The translations under genes and the position numbers were made by a program. Of a stretch of DNA of 64,000 nt, positions 9,564 through 19,481 are shown piece by piece; the first letter of the stretch is position 1; each line of letters opens with the position of its first letter. Location of the stretch: the NCBI GenBank assembly GCA_003279685.1, contig QCHA01000002.1:16303-80302 (forward strand), read 5' to 3'. The notes under the pieces were generated by a model that worked only from the letters and a program-made list of their open reading frames with translations, searched no databases and was not told the origin of the DNA. This stretch comes from Pelagibacteraceae bacterium AG-390-L03. GTDB taxonomy: Bacteria; Pseudomonadota; Alphaproteobacteria; Pelagibacterales; Pelagibacteraceae.

Positions 9564-10583
9564 ATGTTCAAAAATAAAAAAGATCTATTTAACCTTGGCC
9601 TTTTAGGAATTTTTGTATGGTTATTAATAGCAAGTTACAGCTCATCAAAAAGAAAACCTGAATCCGTTGGTGAATTATTAAAAGATTTTTCTTGGTTAAG
9701 TGATTGGCCAAAATGGTTAGATTTACCTTTAATGAAATGGATCAATAAATGGTTCAAAGCTTTAAATGAAAATTTTGGTTTTATTTTTGAAGCAATAAAT
9801 AATTTTTTACTAGCAATGTTAATGGGGCTAAAAAACTTTTTAGTTCAAGCTCCTTGGCCTGCAGTTATTATTGGTGTTGTTGTATTAACTTATTTTGCAA
9901 GTGGAAAAAAAATTAAAACTACTGTTGCGGTAGGTTTCTGCACATTTTTTATAGGATTTTTACATCCAAGATTTTGGGACAAAGCCATTGAAACTACATC
10001 AATAATGTTAATAAGTATTTTCCTATGTCTTGTAATAGGAGTTCCAATTGGAATTGCAATGTCTAGAGCAAATAAAGTAAGAGAAAAAATTCTTCCGATT
10101 CTTGACTTGATGCAGACAATTCCTGCTTTTGTATATTTAATTCCAGGTATTATGCTATTTGGCTTAGGTGCAGTACCTGCAATTATTGCGACGTTTATTT
10201 ATGCTGTTCCCCCACTGATAAGATTAACTGACCTTGGTATTCGATTGGTAGATACTGAAGTTATTGAGGCAGCTGATGCTTTTGGAGCAAGCAAAAAACA
10301 AAAATTATGGGGTGTTCAAATCCCATTAGCTCTTCCTAATATAATGCAGGGAATTAACCAATGTACAATGATGGCTTTATCAATGGTGGTTATTGCATCA
10401 ATGATTGGCACAAGAGGTTTGGGAGATGAAGTTCTTCTTGGTCTTCAACAACTAAACGTTGGTCGAGCAGCAGAAGCCGGAATTGCAATTGTATTATTAG
10501 CAATCGTTTTAGATAGAATTACCCAGTCTTATGGTGAAACTCTTCAAGAGAGAAATGCTCCGGCTAAAAAGGCTAAAAAATAA
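9564..10583 (+). CDS. proW: Betaine/proline ABC permease
   Basis: LDLMQTIPAFVYLIP, EAADAFGAS, GINQCTMMALSMVVIASMIG. Confidence 0.9.
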   Translation: MFKNKKDLFNLGLLGIFVWLLIASYSSSKRKPESVGELLKDFSWLSDWPKWLDLPLMKWINKWFKALNENFGFIFEAINNFLLAMLMGLKNFLVQAPWPAVIIGVVVLTYFASGKKIKTTVAVGFCTFFIGFLHPRFWDKAIETTSIMLISIFLCLVIGVPIGIAMSRANKVREKILPILDLMQTIPAFVYLIPGIMLFGLGAVPAIIATFIYAVPPLIRLTDLGIRLVDTEVIEAADAFGASKKQKLWGVQIPLALPNIMQGINQCTMMALSMVVIASMIGTRGLGDEVLLGLQQLNVGRAAEAGIAIVLLAIVLDRITQSYGETLQERNAPAKKAKK

Positions 10584-11608
10584 TGTCAAAAATTGAAATA
10601 AATAATATTTATAAAATTTTTGGTAACGATCCAGACTCTGTGATGGATATGGTTAAAAATGGTTCTACAAAAGATGAAGTGCTTGAACAAACAGGACACA
10701 CAGTTGGTCTTGATAATGTTTCTTTAAACATTGAAGAAGGAGAAACTTTTGTTTGTATGGGTTTATCAGGTTCTGGAAAATCAACACTGATAAGACATTT
10801 AAACAGACTGATTGATCCAACAGCTGGGGAGATTCTAATTGATGGCGAAAATGTTATGAATTTTAATCCAGAGCAATTAATAGATTTTAGAAGACACAAG
10901 ATGAGTATGGTCTTTCAAAGATTTGGTTTGTTTCCACATAAAACTGTAATGCAAAATGTTGGCTATGGTTTAGAAATGCAAGGAAAATCAGAAGAAGAAA
11001 GAGACAAGATCGCTATGGAAAAAATTGAAGCTGTTGGTCTTAATGGATTTGAAAACCAATTTCCAAATCAATTATCAGGAGGTATGCAACAACGTGTTGG
11101 TTTAGCAAGAGCACTTGCCACAAATTCTGACATCATGTTAATGGATGAAGCGTTTAGTGCATTAGATCCACTTATTAGAAGTGATATGCAAAAACAATTA
11201 ATTGATCTTCAATCAGAATTAAAAAAAACAATTGTATTTATTACTCATGATCTAGATGAGTCATTAAGACTTGGAGATCATATTGGAATATTAAATGCAG
11301 GAAAATTAGTACAGGTTGGTACACCTGTTGATATCATCATGAATCCTGCTGACGATTATGTAAAAGCATTTGTTAAGGACGTCAACAGAGCAAAAGTTAT
11401 CAAAGCTAAAATCATTATGACAAAAGCTAATGAAACAAACGGTATTGATAAATCAAATCTAGTTAAAGTGAATGAAGATCAATTTATAGAAGAATTTTTA
11501 CCGCAAATAGTTTGTACCAATGCTAATTGTGAAGTAGTTGATAAAAGTGGAAACGTAACAGGTTATATAACTAATAAAGAATTACAGTCATCATTAACAA
11601 AATCATAA
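10583..11608 (+). CDS. proV: Betaine/proline ABC ATP-binding subunit
   Basis: GLSGSGKS, LSGGMQQRVGLARAL, DEAFSALDPLIR. Confidence 0.92.
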   Translation: MSKIEINNIYKIFGNDPDSVMDMVKNGSTKDEVLEQTGHTVGLDNVSLNIEEGETFVCMGLSGSGKSTLIRHLNRLIDPTAGEILIDGENVMNFNPEQLIDFRRHKMSMVFQRFGLFPHKTVMQNVGYGLEMQGKSEEERDKIAMEKIEAVGLNGFENQFPNQLSGGMQQRVGLARALATNSDIMLMDEAFSALDPLIRSDMQKQLIDLQSELKKTIVFITHDLDESLRLGDHIGILNAGKLVQVGTPVDIIMNPADDYVKAFVKDVNRAKVIKAKIIMTKANETNGIDKSNLVKVNEDQFIEEFLPQIVCTNANCEVVDKSGNVTGYITNKELQSSLTKS

Positions 11609-11611
11609 TTA

Positions 11612-12400
11612 ATGGTTAATCAATCATTAAAAAATAAAAAAATAATCATATCAGCAGGAGCTTCTGGAATTGGTTTAGCAACAGTAAAAATATGTCTTTC
11701 TAGAGGAGCTACCGTTTATCTTTGTGATATAGATAGTAAATCACTTAATAAATTGAATAAACACCCATTAAGAAACAAAAGATTATTTTCTTATCTTTGT
11801 GATGCATCAAATGAGTATCAGGTTTTAGATTTTTTTGAAAAAGTTAAAAAGAAAACAAAAAAAATTGATGCATTAATTAATAATGTAGGTATTGCAGGAC
11901 CCACTGGATTGCTTGAAAAATTAAAATCTAAAGATTGGGAAAATACCTTGCATGTAGATGTAAATAGCCACTTCTATTTTACAAAAAAAGCTATCCCATT
12001 AATTAAAAAATCTAAAAATGGATCAATAATCAATATTTCATCTACTGCTGGCATACTTGGTTTTCCACTTCGATCCCCTTATGCTGCAAGTAAATGGGCA
12101 ATAATTGGAGTTACAAAAACATTAGCCATGGAGCTTGGTAAATTTAATATTAGAGTAAATGCAGTATGTCCTGGAACAATTAAGGGAGATAGAATGAAAA
12201 GAGTAATAAGAGATAAAGCAAAATTTACCAAAGTTTCAACAAAAACTATTGAAAAAGATTTTGTGTCTATGAGTTCAATGAAACAATGGGTTTTAGAAGA
12301 AGATATTGGGAAGATGTGTTCTTTTCTAATCTCAGATGACTCAAGTAAAGTATCTGGACAGGTAATTTCTGTTGATGGTCACACAGAAAGAAACGATTAA
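11612..12400 (+). CDS. Classical short-chain dehydrogenase/reductase
   Basis: SAGASGIG, NNVGIAG, NISS, YAASK, VNAVCPG. Confidence 0.9.
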   Translation: MVNQSLKNKKIIISAGASGIGLATVKICLSRGATVYLCDIDSKSLNKLNKHPLRNKRLFSYLCDASNEYQVLDFFEKVKKKTKKIDALINNVGIAGPTGLLEKLKSKDWENTLHVDVNSHFYFTKKAIPLIKKSKNGSIINISSTAGILGFPLRSPYAASKWAIIGVTKTLAMELGKFNIRVNAVCPGTIKGDRMKRVIRDKAKFTKVSTKTIEKDFVSMSSMKQWVLEEDIGKMCSFLISDDSSKVSGQVISVDGHTERND

Positions 12401-12401
12401 T

Positions 12402-13343
12402 TTATCTTAATTTTTTTTCGTATTTTTTTCTAAGCTTTTGAAGCTCTACTAAATATTCATCTCTAATGTTTGAAATTTTGGTAACTGATTTTCCTTTTGA
12501 TTGTTTTTTAGTTCCTTTAATCAATCTATCAATTAACCTATTAGACAACCTTGGAGCCTTAAGTTTTGTCCATGGAAGTTTTAAAGCTGGTCCAAATTGT
12601 TCCAACATATGTCTCATACCAGCTTTTCCTCCTGCTAAATGAAAAGTTAAAAAGGTTCCCATTAATGACCATCTTAAACCTGGTCCATCTTCAATTGCTC
12701 TATCTAAATCCTCTGTAGTTGCATGCCCTTCATTAATAATATGCAGCCCTTCTCTCCATAAAGCTTCTTGCAATCTATCTGATAAATAGCCGGGTAACTC
12801 ATGTTTAACCATTATTGGATTCATTGAAATTGAATTGTAAAACTTTTTAGCTTTATTTAAATATTTTTTAGATGTCTTTTTTCCTGGAACAATCTCAACG
12901 GCAGGCAATAAATAAACTGGGTTAAAAGGATGACCAATCATTGTTCTTTCAGGATTTTTGCATTTAGAATAAATTTTTGTCGGCAATAGTCCTGATGAGC
13001 TTGATGCAATAATTGAATTTTGTTTAGCATATTTTCCAATAGCACTCATCAATTTAGTTTTTAAAGCATAATTTTCACTCGCACATTCTTGGATAAAATC
13101 TGCATCTTTTAATACCTCATCAATAGAAGTGAAATACTTAAAATTTTTAAGATTAAGTTTTTTTTTATTAAAAAGTTTTTTTACAGATGGCCAAGTTCTC
13201 TTAATCTCAGCTATCAAATTTTTTTTTAATTTAATATCTTTATCGTAAGCATGAACAATTTTGTTGTGTGCTAAACATCGAATAATCCAGCCTGTTCCAA
13301 TTACTCCAGTTCCAATAACTGCTATTTTTTTGATTTGAGACAT
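12402..13343 (-). CDS. cdhA: L-carnitine dehydrogenase (3-hydroxyacyl-CoA dehydrogenase family), not fused to a thioesterase
   Basis: GTGVIGTGW, GHPFNPVYLLP, DRLQEALWRE, GPGLRW, HLAGGKAGMRHMLEQFGPALKLPWTKL. Confidence 0.85.
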   Translation of the reverse strand: MSQIKKIAVIGTGVIGTGWIIRCLAHNKIVHAYDKDIKLKKNLIAEIKRTWPSVKKLFNKKKLNLKNFKYFTSIDEVLKDADFIQECASENYALKTKLMSAIGKYAKQNSIIASSSSGLLPTKIYSKCKNPERTMIGHPFNPVYLLPAVEIVPGKKTSKKYLNKAKKFYNSISMNPIMVKHELPGYLSDRLQEALWREGLHIINEGHATTEDLDRAIEDGPGLRWSLMGTFLTFHLAGGKAGMRHMLEQFGPALKLPWTKLKAPRLSNRLIDRLIKGTKKQSKGKSVTKISNIRDEYLVELQKLRKKYEKKLR

Positions 13344-14230
13344 TACTTGTGTTTAACAAGTTTTAACTTTTCTCTTGTTTCAGATGGAGTCATTGGTGTG
13401 TAGCCAATCTCATCAATTATTCTTATAGCTTTTTCAACTAATTGTGCATTAGTAGCAAGTTTCCCTTTTGATAAATATAAATTATCCTCTAGTCCAACTC
13501 TTGGATTTCCTCCCATCAAAGCTGTTTGAGCAACAAATGGCATTTCATTTTTTGAAATTGCAAAACCAGACCATACACCTTCTTTTGGCATTATATCTTT
13601 CATTGCTTGCATTGCTAAAGTAGTTGCCGGTGCACCCCATGGTATTCCTAAACACATTTGAAACATAGGTGGATCACTTAATAATCCTTCTTTATATAGC
13701 TGAGCTCCAAACCACATATTTCCCAGATCAAATGCTTCTATTTCGGGTTTGACACCAATTTCTTTTAATTTTTTTGCAGCTTTTCTTAAATCATTTGGTG
13801 TATTAACAGTAATAGTTGAACCGTCACCAAAATTTAAAGTTCCAGCATCGAGCGTACAAATCTCAGGAAGAAATTGCTCTGCATTTGCAATTCTTTCCAT
13901 GACATTTGCCATATCAGTCATAGGTCCAAAATCTAAAGGGTTGTCACCTTGACCTATATCAAGATCTCCACCCATGCCTGTGGTTAAATTAATTATTACA
14001 TCAGTGTCACTTGAACGAACTCTATCCACAACTTCTTTGTATAATTCTAATCTTCTACTTGGAGTGCCATCTTCTTCTCTAACATGAATATGAGCTATAG
14101 CAGCTCCAGCTTTTGCAGCCTCAATTGAAGCTGTTGCGATTTGTTCAGGAGTTTTTGGTAAATCTGGGTGTTTACTAGCAGTATCACCTGAACCAGTTAC
14201 AGCGCATGATATAAATACTTTATTGTTCAT
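13343..14230 (-). CDS. cdhC: Beta-keto acid cleavage enzyme (BKACE/DUF849), probable 3-dehydrocarnitine cleavage enzyme
   Basis: CAVTG, AHIHVRE, NLTTGMGG, RVGLEDNL; directly upstream of carnitine dehydrogenase. Confidence 0.85.
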   Translation of the reverse strand: MNNKVFISCAVTGSGDTASKHPDLPKTPEQIATASIEAAKAGAAIAHIHVREEDGTPSRRLELYKEVVDRVRSSDTDVIINLTTGMGGDLDIGQGDNPLDFGPMTDMANVMERIANAEQFLPEICTLDAGTLNFGDGSTITVNTPNDLRKAAKKLKEIGVKPEIEAFDLGNMWFGAQLYKEGLLSDPPMFQMCLGIPWGAPATTLAMQAMKDIMPKEGVWSGFAISKNEMPFVAQTALMGGNPRVGLEDNLYLSKGKLATNAQLVEKAIRIIDEIGYTPMTPSETREKLKLVKHK

Positions 14231-14266
14231 TTTAATAATGAAAAAATATACTCTAGATTAATAAAA

Positions 14267-14992
14267 ATGAAAATAAATGAATTAAAACAAGATTTAGCAG
14301 CAGCATTTAGATGGACAGCTAGACTTAATATGAACGAAGGAATAGCTAATCATTTTAGTGTTTGTCTTCCTAATTCAAATGATTTTTATGTTAATGGTTC
14401 TGGATTACACTTTAGCTCAATTAAAGCTAGTGACATGGTTTTAGTAGAACAAGACAAAATTGACGAGATTAAAAAAAAGCCTGAAGTAGTTGACCCAACA
14501 GCATTACATATTCACGGAACAATCCATAAAAAAGTTCCTCATGCTAGGTGCATACTTCATGTTCACTCAAAATATGCTACAGCATTATCAGCCTTAAAAA
14601 ACCCTGTATTACAACCAATAGATCAAAATACTATGAGGTTTTATAACCGTGTTTCAATTTATAATGATTTTGGAGGACTAGGTTTTGAAGAAGAGTCAAA
14701 TAAAATGGCGTCAGCTATTGGAAATAATCGTTCTATGCTTCTTGCGAACCACGGAATATTAACTTTAGGTCAAACTGTTGCTGAAGCATTTGATGAATTA
14801 TACTATTTTGAAAAAGCCTGTGAAACATATTTAACAGCACTTTCTACTAACAAAGAATTAAATATAGTAAGCTCAGAGGTCGCTGAAAAAACAGCACAAG
14901 AATGGGAAAATTATCCTGTAAATATGGGTGAACAACATTTAAATGAAATAAAAAAGATACTTGATAAAGAGGATATGAGTTACAGAGATTAA
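14267..14992 (+). CDS. Class II aldolase/adducin family metalloprotein
   Basis: EGIANHFSV, HIHGTIH, HVHS, LLANHG zinc-ligand pattern. Confidence 0.88.
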   Translation: MKINELKQDLAAAFRWTARLNMNEGIANHFSVCLPNSNDFYVNGSGLHFSSIKASDMVLVEQDKIDEIKKKPEVVDPTALHIHGTIHKKVPHARCILHVHSKYATALSALKNPVLQPIDQNTMRFYNRVSIYNDFGGLGFEEESNKMASAIGNNRSMLLANHGILTLGQTVAEAFDELYYFEKACETYLTALSTNKELNIVSSEVAEKTAQEWENYPVNMGEQHLNEIKKILDKEDMSYRD

Positions 14993-14993
14993 T

Positions 14994-15464
14994 ATGAGAA
15001 AACTAATAATTATTTTTATAATTTTTACCACACCTTTATTTGCAGCAAAAGTTGAGCGATTAGGTTTTTATAATATACAAGAGCTTCTTGAAGACGACAA
15101 TTTAACCTACAAAATTATTAAAAGTTGTGTTTCTTTAAATTCTGCAATAACAGAAATAACAAGAGAAGATCATCCAGAATTATCAAAGAGTTTTTTTGCA
15201 ACAGCTAATTACTTGTATCCATTTGGCATTCTCACTTTAGCAAAAATAAAAAAAATGAATTATCAAGATGTAGAAAAAGAATACCAAAACAGTGTGGGCA
15301 CTCAGGTATCTGATTATATGGATTTTATGAAAGAAAATGGAGTTGCCAATCAAAGCTTTATAAAGGGAACTTTTATTGGAGATGATCTAAATTTTTGTAA
15401 TGAAATTAGATCAGCAATTGAAATAACCATTGCAGAGACTAAAAAATTAAAATCAAAAGACTAA
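14994..15464 (+). CDS. Hypothetical exported protein
   Basis: 156 aa, N-terminal signal-like segment (PLFA/A), two Cys; no family recognised. Confidence 0.6.
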   Translation: MRKLIIIFIIFTTPLFAAKVERLGFYNIQELLEDDNLTYKIIKSCVSLNSAITEITREDHPELSKSFFATANYLYPFGILTLAKIKKMNYQDVEKEYQNSVGTQVSDYMDFMKENGVANQSFIKGTFIGDDLNFCNEIRSAIEITIAETKKLKSKD

Positions 15465-15470
15465 ATTAAA

Positions 15471-15785
15471 TTATTCAGATTTTTTTTTAAATTTTGGAAT
15501 TTTAGATTTTTTTTTCTCTTTTTTCTTAAATTTGGGAATTTTAGATTTTTTAGAGTCTTTTTTACCTTTAGTTTCCTCTACAGCATATTCTTCTAAAGCA
15601 GGCATAATTTCTTTACAATTTTCTAAAGTACAAAAATATGTTGCGCCTGTTTTATTGTTATATAGATAAGCTCCACAATTATTTTGTTTTTTTAAAGTAC
15701 AATTGGCCGGCTCTAAAATATAATCTGCGAAAACTCTTGAGGGGACTAGAAGGATAAAAATAAAAATAAAAATAAATTTTTTCAT
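15471..15785 (-). CDS. Hypothetical exported protein with four Cys and a duplicated Lys-rich tail
   Basis: Signal peptide (VFA/D), four Cys, KKSKIPKFKKK present twice at the C-terminus. Confidence 0.6.
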   Translation of the reverse strand: MKKFIFIFIFILLVPSRVFADYILEPANCTLKKQNNCGAYLYNNKTGATYFCTLENCKEIMPALEEYAVEETKGKKDSKKSKIPKFKKKEKKKSKIPKFKKKSE

Positions 15786-16003
15786 ATAAAAATTATTTTG
15801 TGTTAAAAAATAATTTTATTCAACTCTTAATAGAATATTTTTTTAACATATACTTAATCTAATTTAGATCATTTTTTGCATATAAAACAAACGAAAATTT
15901 AACCTATAAAAATTATATATAAAAATTAGCAATATTTAAATCGTAGAAAAAATTTTTCTTACATGAGAAAGTAACATTATTAATATTAATAAAGGAGGGG
16001 TAC

Positions 16004-17206
16004 ATGAAAATAACTAAAATGATCTATGTTATTATGTTTTCTTCACTTCTTGGAATATTTAGCACAGCAAATTCAGGTGAATTGTGCACAGAGTGTCTAA
16101 AAAAAGTTCCACAAGAAATGAGAGACTATGTTTATAACATGGACTTTATGGATAAAGACCAACCTTTAGGACCTGCGGTAATGAAAGGATGGAAAAGTCC
16201 TAGAAAACCACCGTGGACTATTGGTTACGCTAGTACGTATGCTGGAAACACTTGGAGAAAAGGTGCAATGGAAAGATTAATGGAAGTTGTATATCCTAAG
16301 TGGAAAGCACTAGGAATGGTTGATGAGATTGTAATTACTCAATCAAACTTAGATGACTCATTACAAATTCAGCAAATGAGACAAATGATAGATGGGGGTA
16401 AAGTTGATGCAATTATTATATGTTGCTCTAATATAACTGCTCTTAACACTACTATTAAGTATGGTTGGGAAAAAGGTATACCTACATTATCATTTACAGG
16501 CTTTACAACATCTCCGTATTCAATCAACACATCTGTTAATTACAGATTAGTTGGTTACTATGTAGGTGCATGGATGGCTGAGCTTATTGGAGAAAAAGGT
16601 AATGTTATAGTTATCGAAGGAATACCAGGTTATTCTGCTTCAGACCAACAAAACAAAGGGGTACTAGCTGCGTTGTCAGAATTCCCTGATGTAAACGTTG
16701 TTGGACAACTAGCACATAACTGGACTTCGCAAGTTGCTCAAAAAGAACTGTCACAATGGTTATCAACAAATACAAAAAAAGTTGATGGTATTGCTGTTCA
16801 ATCTTCAGGAGAAACTGGAACTTTGCAGGCCCTACTTCAGTCTGGACTTGATCCAATTCCACCAATTGCATTAGGAGGAGAACTTGGTGCATTATGTTAT
16901 TGGAGACAAAACCCAGGATATATTGATGAAGCAATATATGCATGGCCTCCGGGAGATGAAGTTGAGCTAGGTATGGATGTAATGATTAGAACTTTGCAAG
17001 GTCAAAGTCCTATGATTCAGTCTATATTAGTTGGTCCAGCTACGAAAAATTTCGATGAAATCAGTGAAATCTTAAATGAAGATTGTGATCGAAATTCTAC
17101 TGGTTGGGATAATCCTGGAATGGACAAATGGGCTCCTAAAGAATACGTAGAAGCATTCTTTGAGAATCCAAGCGATCCTACAAAATACGATCCAAAATCT
17201 CACTAA
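16004..17206 (+). CDS. Ribose/sugar-type (Peripla_BP_4-like) ABC substrate-binding protein
   Basis: Signal peptide, AAGGAGGGG RBS, WTIGYASTYAGNTWR, GKVDAIII, GNVIVIEGIPG. Confidence 0.8.
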   Translation: MKITKMIYVIMFSSLLGIFSTANSGELCTECLKKVPQEMRDYVYNMDFMDKDQPLGPAVMKGWKSPRKPPWTIGYASTYAGNTWRKGAMERLMEVVYPKWKALGMVDEIVITQSNLDDSLQIQQMRQMIDGGKVDAIIICCSNITALNTTIKYGWEKGIPTLSFTGFTTSPYSINTSVNYRLVGYYVGAWMAELIGEKGNVIVIEGIPGYSASDQQNKGVLAALSEFPDVNVVGQLAHNWTSQVAQKELSQWLSTNTKKVDGIAVQSSGETGTLQALLQSGLDPIPPIALGGELGALCYWRQNPGYIDEAIYAWPPGDEVELGMDVMIRTLQGQSPMIQSILVGPATKNFDEISEILNEDCDRNSTGWDNPGMDKWAPKEYVEAFFENPSDPTKYDPKSH

Positions 17207-17221
17207 TACTTATAACTAAGT

Positions 17222-18967
17222 ATGAGTGCTGAAAAAAATATAGAAGACAACACCTCTAAAGAGGTGTTGTCTGAGAAGTCAAAAACTGTCCAAGGTGATA
17301 TTTATGTCCAAGATGTTCACAAATATTTTGGTGTGACCAAAGCCTTGAACGGAGTAAATTTCAATGCAAATTTTGGTGAAATTCATGCAATTGTTGGAGG
17401 AAATGGCTGTGGCAAAAGCACATTGGCAAAAACAATGTCTGGAGTTTTGCCAGTAGATAAAGGTAAAGTTTCAATACTTGGTCAAACTCCTACTTCCCCT
17501 GTAATGGCGAGAAACATGGGAATTGCAACAGTTTTTCAAGAAGTAATGATAGCTGAAGAGTCATCAGTAGTAGACAACTTATTTGTTGGCTCAGATGATT
17601 TTTGGTACAAAAATTTAACCCAAAGAGAAAAAGTGCTTAAAGCTCAAGAAATTATGGAAGATCTTGTTGGTGAATACGTTGATCCATATACGCAGGCATT
17701 TAATTTATCACTTCCCATAAAAGCATGGATAACAATTGCTAGAGCTTTCTTGAGAGATAATACAAAAGTATTAATTCTAGATGAGTCATCAGCTGCTCTT
17801 GATTTTGATTCCACTGAAAGATTATTTAAAAAAATGAGAGAGTTACGTGACAAAGGAGTTGCAATTTTCATTGTTACTCACCGAATTGCTGAGCTAGTAC
17901 GAATAAGTGATAAAGCAACTGTTATGAGAGATGGTAAAGATGTAGGGGTGTTAGAAAAAAAAGATCTTAATGAAAAAAATTTAATAGGCTTAATGACTGG
18001 TAGAGAAGAAACAGGAGAAAAATCCACTTCAATAGCTATGCAAACTAAAACAGATAAAGTTGTAATGAGAGCAGAAAATTTAATTGTTTGGCCAGACAGC
18101 AAACCTATCAATTTTGAAGTCAAAAAAGGAGAAATTGTAGGCATAACAGGTCTTGATGGTAATGGACAAGATGACTTTGTTAAGATTTTAGCAGGTGTAC
18201 AAGAATCTCATGGTGGGACTATTGAAATTTTAGACTCAAATGAAAAATTTTTAAAATATAATTCTTTAGAAAGTGCAAAAGAAAATGGAATATCATTTGT
18301 TTCTGGTGATCGAAAAAAAGAAGGAATACTTCCTAACTTAAGTATTTATGAAAATTTAGTTGTACCTCTTTACAAAAAAACTAGCAGAGCAGGATTTTTA
18401 GGTTTTATTAACTGGATGGAACTGAATGGAATTTATGATTGGGAAGTAGAAAGATTAAATATTAAAACTGGCCCAAGTGATAATCTAATTGGTTCACTAA
18501 GTGGAGGAAATCAACAAAAAGTAATGATAGCAAGATCATTTGCACAGCATCCAAAAGTTCTTATTTTAAATGATCCAGCAAGAGGCATAGATATAAGCAC
18601 TAAAAGAGACCTGTATGTTCATTTAAGAAAATATGTTGAAGAAGGTAACACAGTTGTTTTTTTATCAAGTGAACTAGAAGAATTTATTGGGCTATGTCCA
18701 AAAGTTATAGTTTTTAGAAATGGGACAATATTTGATATTTTTGAAAATGATAAAATTAATGCTGATACTTTACTTGAAGGAATGTTTGGTCAAACCGCTG
18801 GGGTTGGTGAAACAACTATTTCAGCTAAACCTAATGTTTCAGCAATAATAAAAAATAAAGCTGAAAATAAAACCGAACCTGAAGGAAGAAAGATTGTAAA
18901 AATAGTAAATTTTGATGATGAAAATAACAATAAGAATAATAATAAAATAAAAGTTAAAACTTTTTGA
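17222..18967 (+). CDS. CUT2 sugar ABC ATP-binding protein (two ABC domains) with a low-complexity C-terminal tail
   Basis: GGNGCGKS, LILDESS, LSGGNQQK, LNDPARGID; about 55 extra C-terminal residues. Confidence 0.88.
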   Translation: MSAEKNIEDNTSKEVLSEKSKTVQGDIYVQDVHKYFGVTKALNGVNFNANFGEIHAIVGGNGCGKSTLAKTMSGVLPVDKGKVSILGQTPTSPVMARNMGIATVFQEVMIAEESSVVDNLFVGSDDFWYKNLTQREKVLKAQEIMEDLVGEYVDPYTQAFNLSLPIKAWITIARAFLRDNTKVLILDESSAALDFDSTERLFKKMRELRDKGVAIFIVTHRIAELVRISDKATVMRDGKDVGVLEKKDLNEKNLIGLMTGREETGEKSTSIAMQTKTDKVVMRAENLIVWPDSKPINFEVKKGEIVGITGLDGNGQDDFVKILAGVQESHGGTIEILDSNEKFLKYNSLESAKENGISFVSGDRKKEGILPNLSIYENLVVPLYKKTSRAGFLGFINWMELNGIYDWEVERLNIKTGPSDNLIGSLSGGNQQKVMIARSFAQHPKVLILNDPARGIDISTKRDLYVHLRKYVEEGNTVVFLSSELEEFIGLCPKVIVFRNGTIFDIFENDKINADTLLEGMFGQTAGVGETTISAKPNVSAIIKNKAENKTEPEGRKIVKIVNFDDENNNKNNNKIKVKTF

Positions 18968-19476
18968 TGAAAACAGAGAATAAACATAAATATTATAATG
19001 ATGAAGATGAAATAAATTTTGAAAAATTAAATAATTTTAGAAAATTTAATTCTAACCTTAAAAATAATATTCAATCAAATAATCATATTATTAAGTATGC
19101 TAATTCTGATAAAAATTATTTTAATAATATTTTAAAGATTGATCAAAAAGCCACTAAATATAATGAAAATGATAAGGAAAAAGAGATAAACTATTATAGC
19201 CTATCAGACTTTCAAAAATTTGATCAACTAGATAGTTTTTCTGAACATAATAATACAGAAAAAATACAAAAAAAAATTAATCTCAAATCAAACTATTCAT
19301 CTAAAGACCATGAAGAGTTTAATAAAATAATTCCAAAAAGAAATTCAGATCAAGAAAAAAATAACGAACTAAACGAAAAAATTAGAGTAATTGATTACAG
19401 TAAAATAAATGAGAATGAAAAAAAACTTAAAAATAAATTTGGGATTGATAAAATAAAAGTAGTTTATTTTGATTAA
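18964..19476 (+). CDS. Orphan N/K/E-rich protein with four ~33-aa-periodic repeats
   Basis: Start overlaps the ATPase stop (ATGA); Y-x3-D-x3-F-x2-[IL] at aa 11, 45, 78, 111; fills the gap inside a tight operon. Confidence 0.7.
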   Translation: MMKTENKHKYYNDEDEINFEKLNNFRKFNSNLKNNIQSNNHIIKYANSDKNYFNNILKIDQKATKYNENDKEKEINYYSLSDFQKFDQLDSFSEHNNTEKIQKKINLKSNYSSKDHEEFNKIIPKRNSDQEKNNELNEKIRVIDYSKINENEKKLKNKFGIDKIKVVYFD

Positions 19477-19481
19477 AAAAA

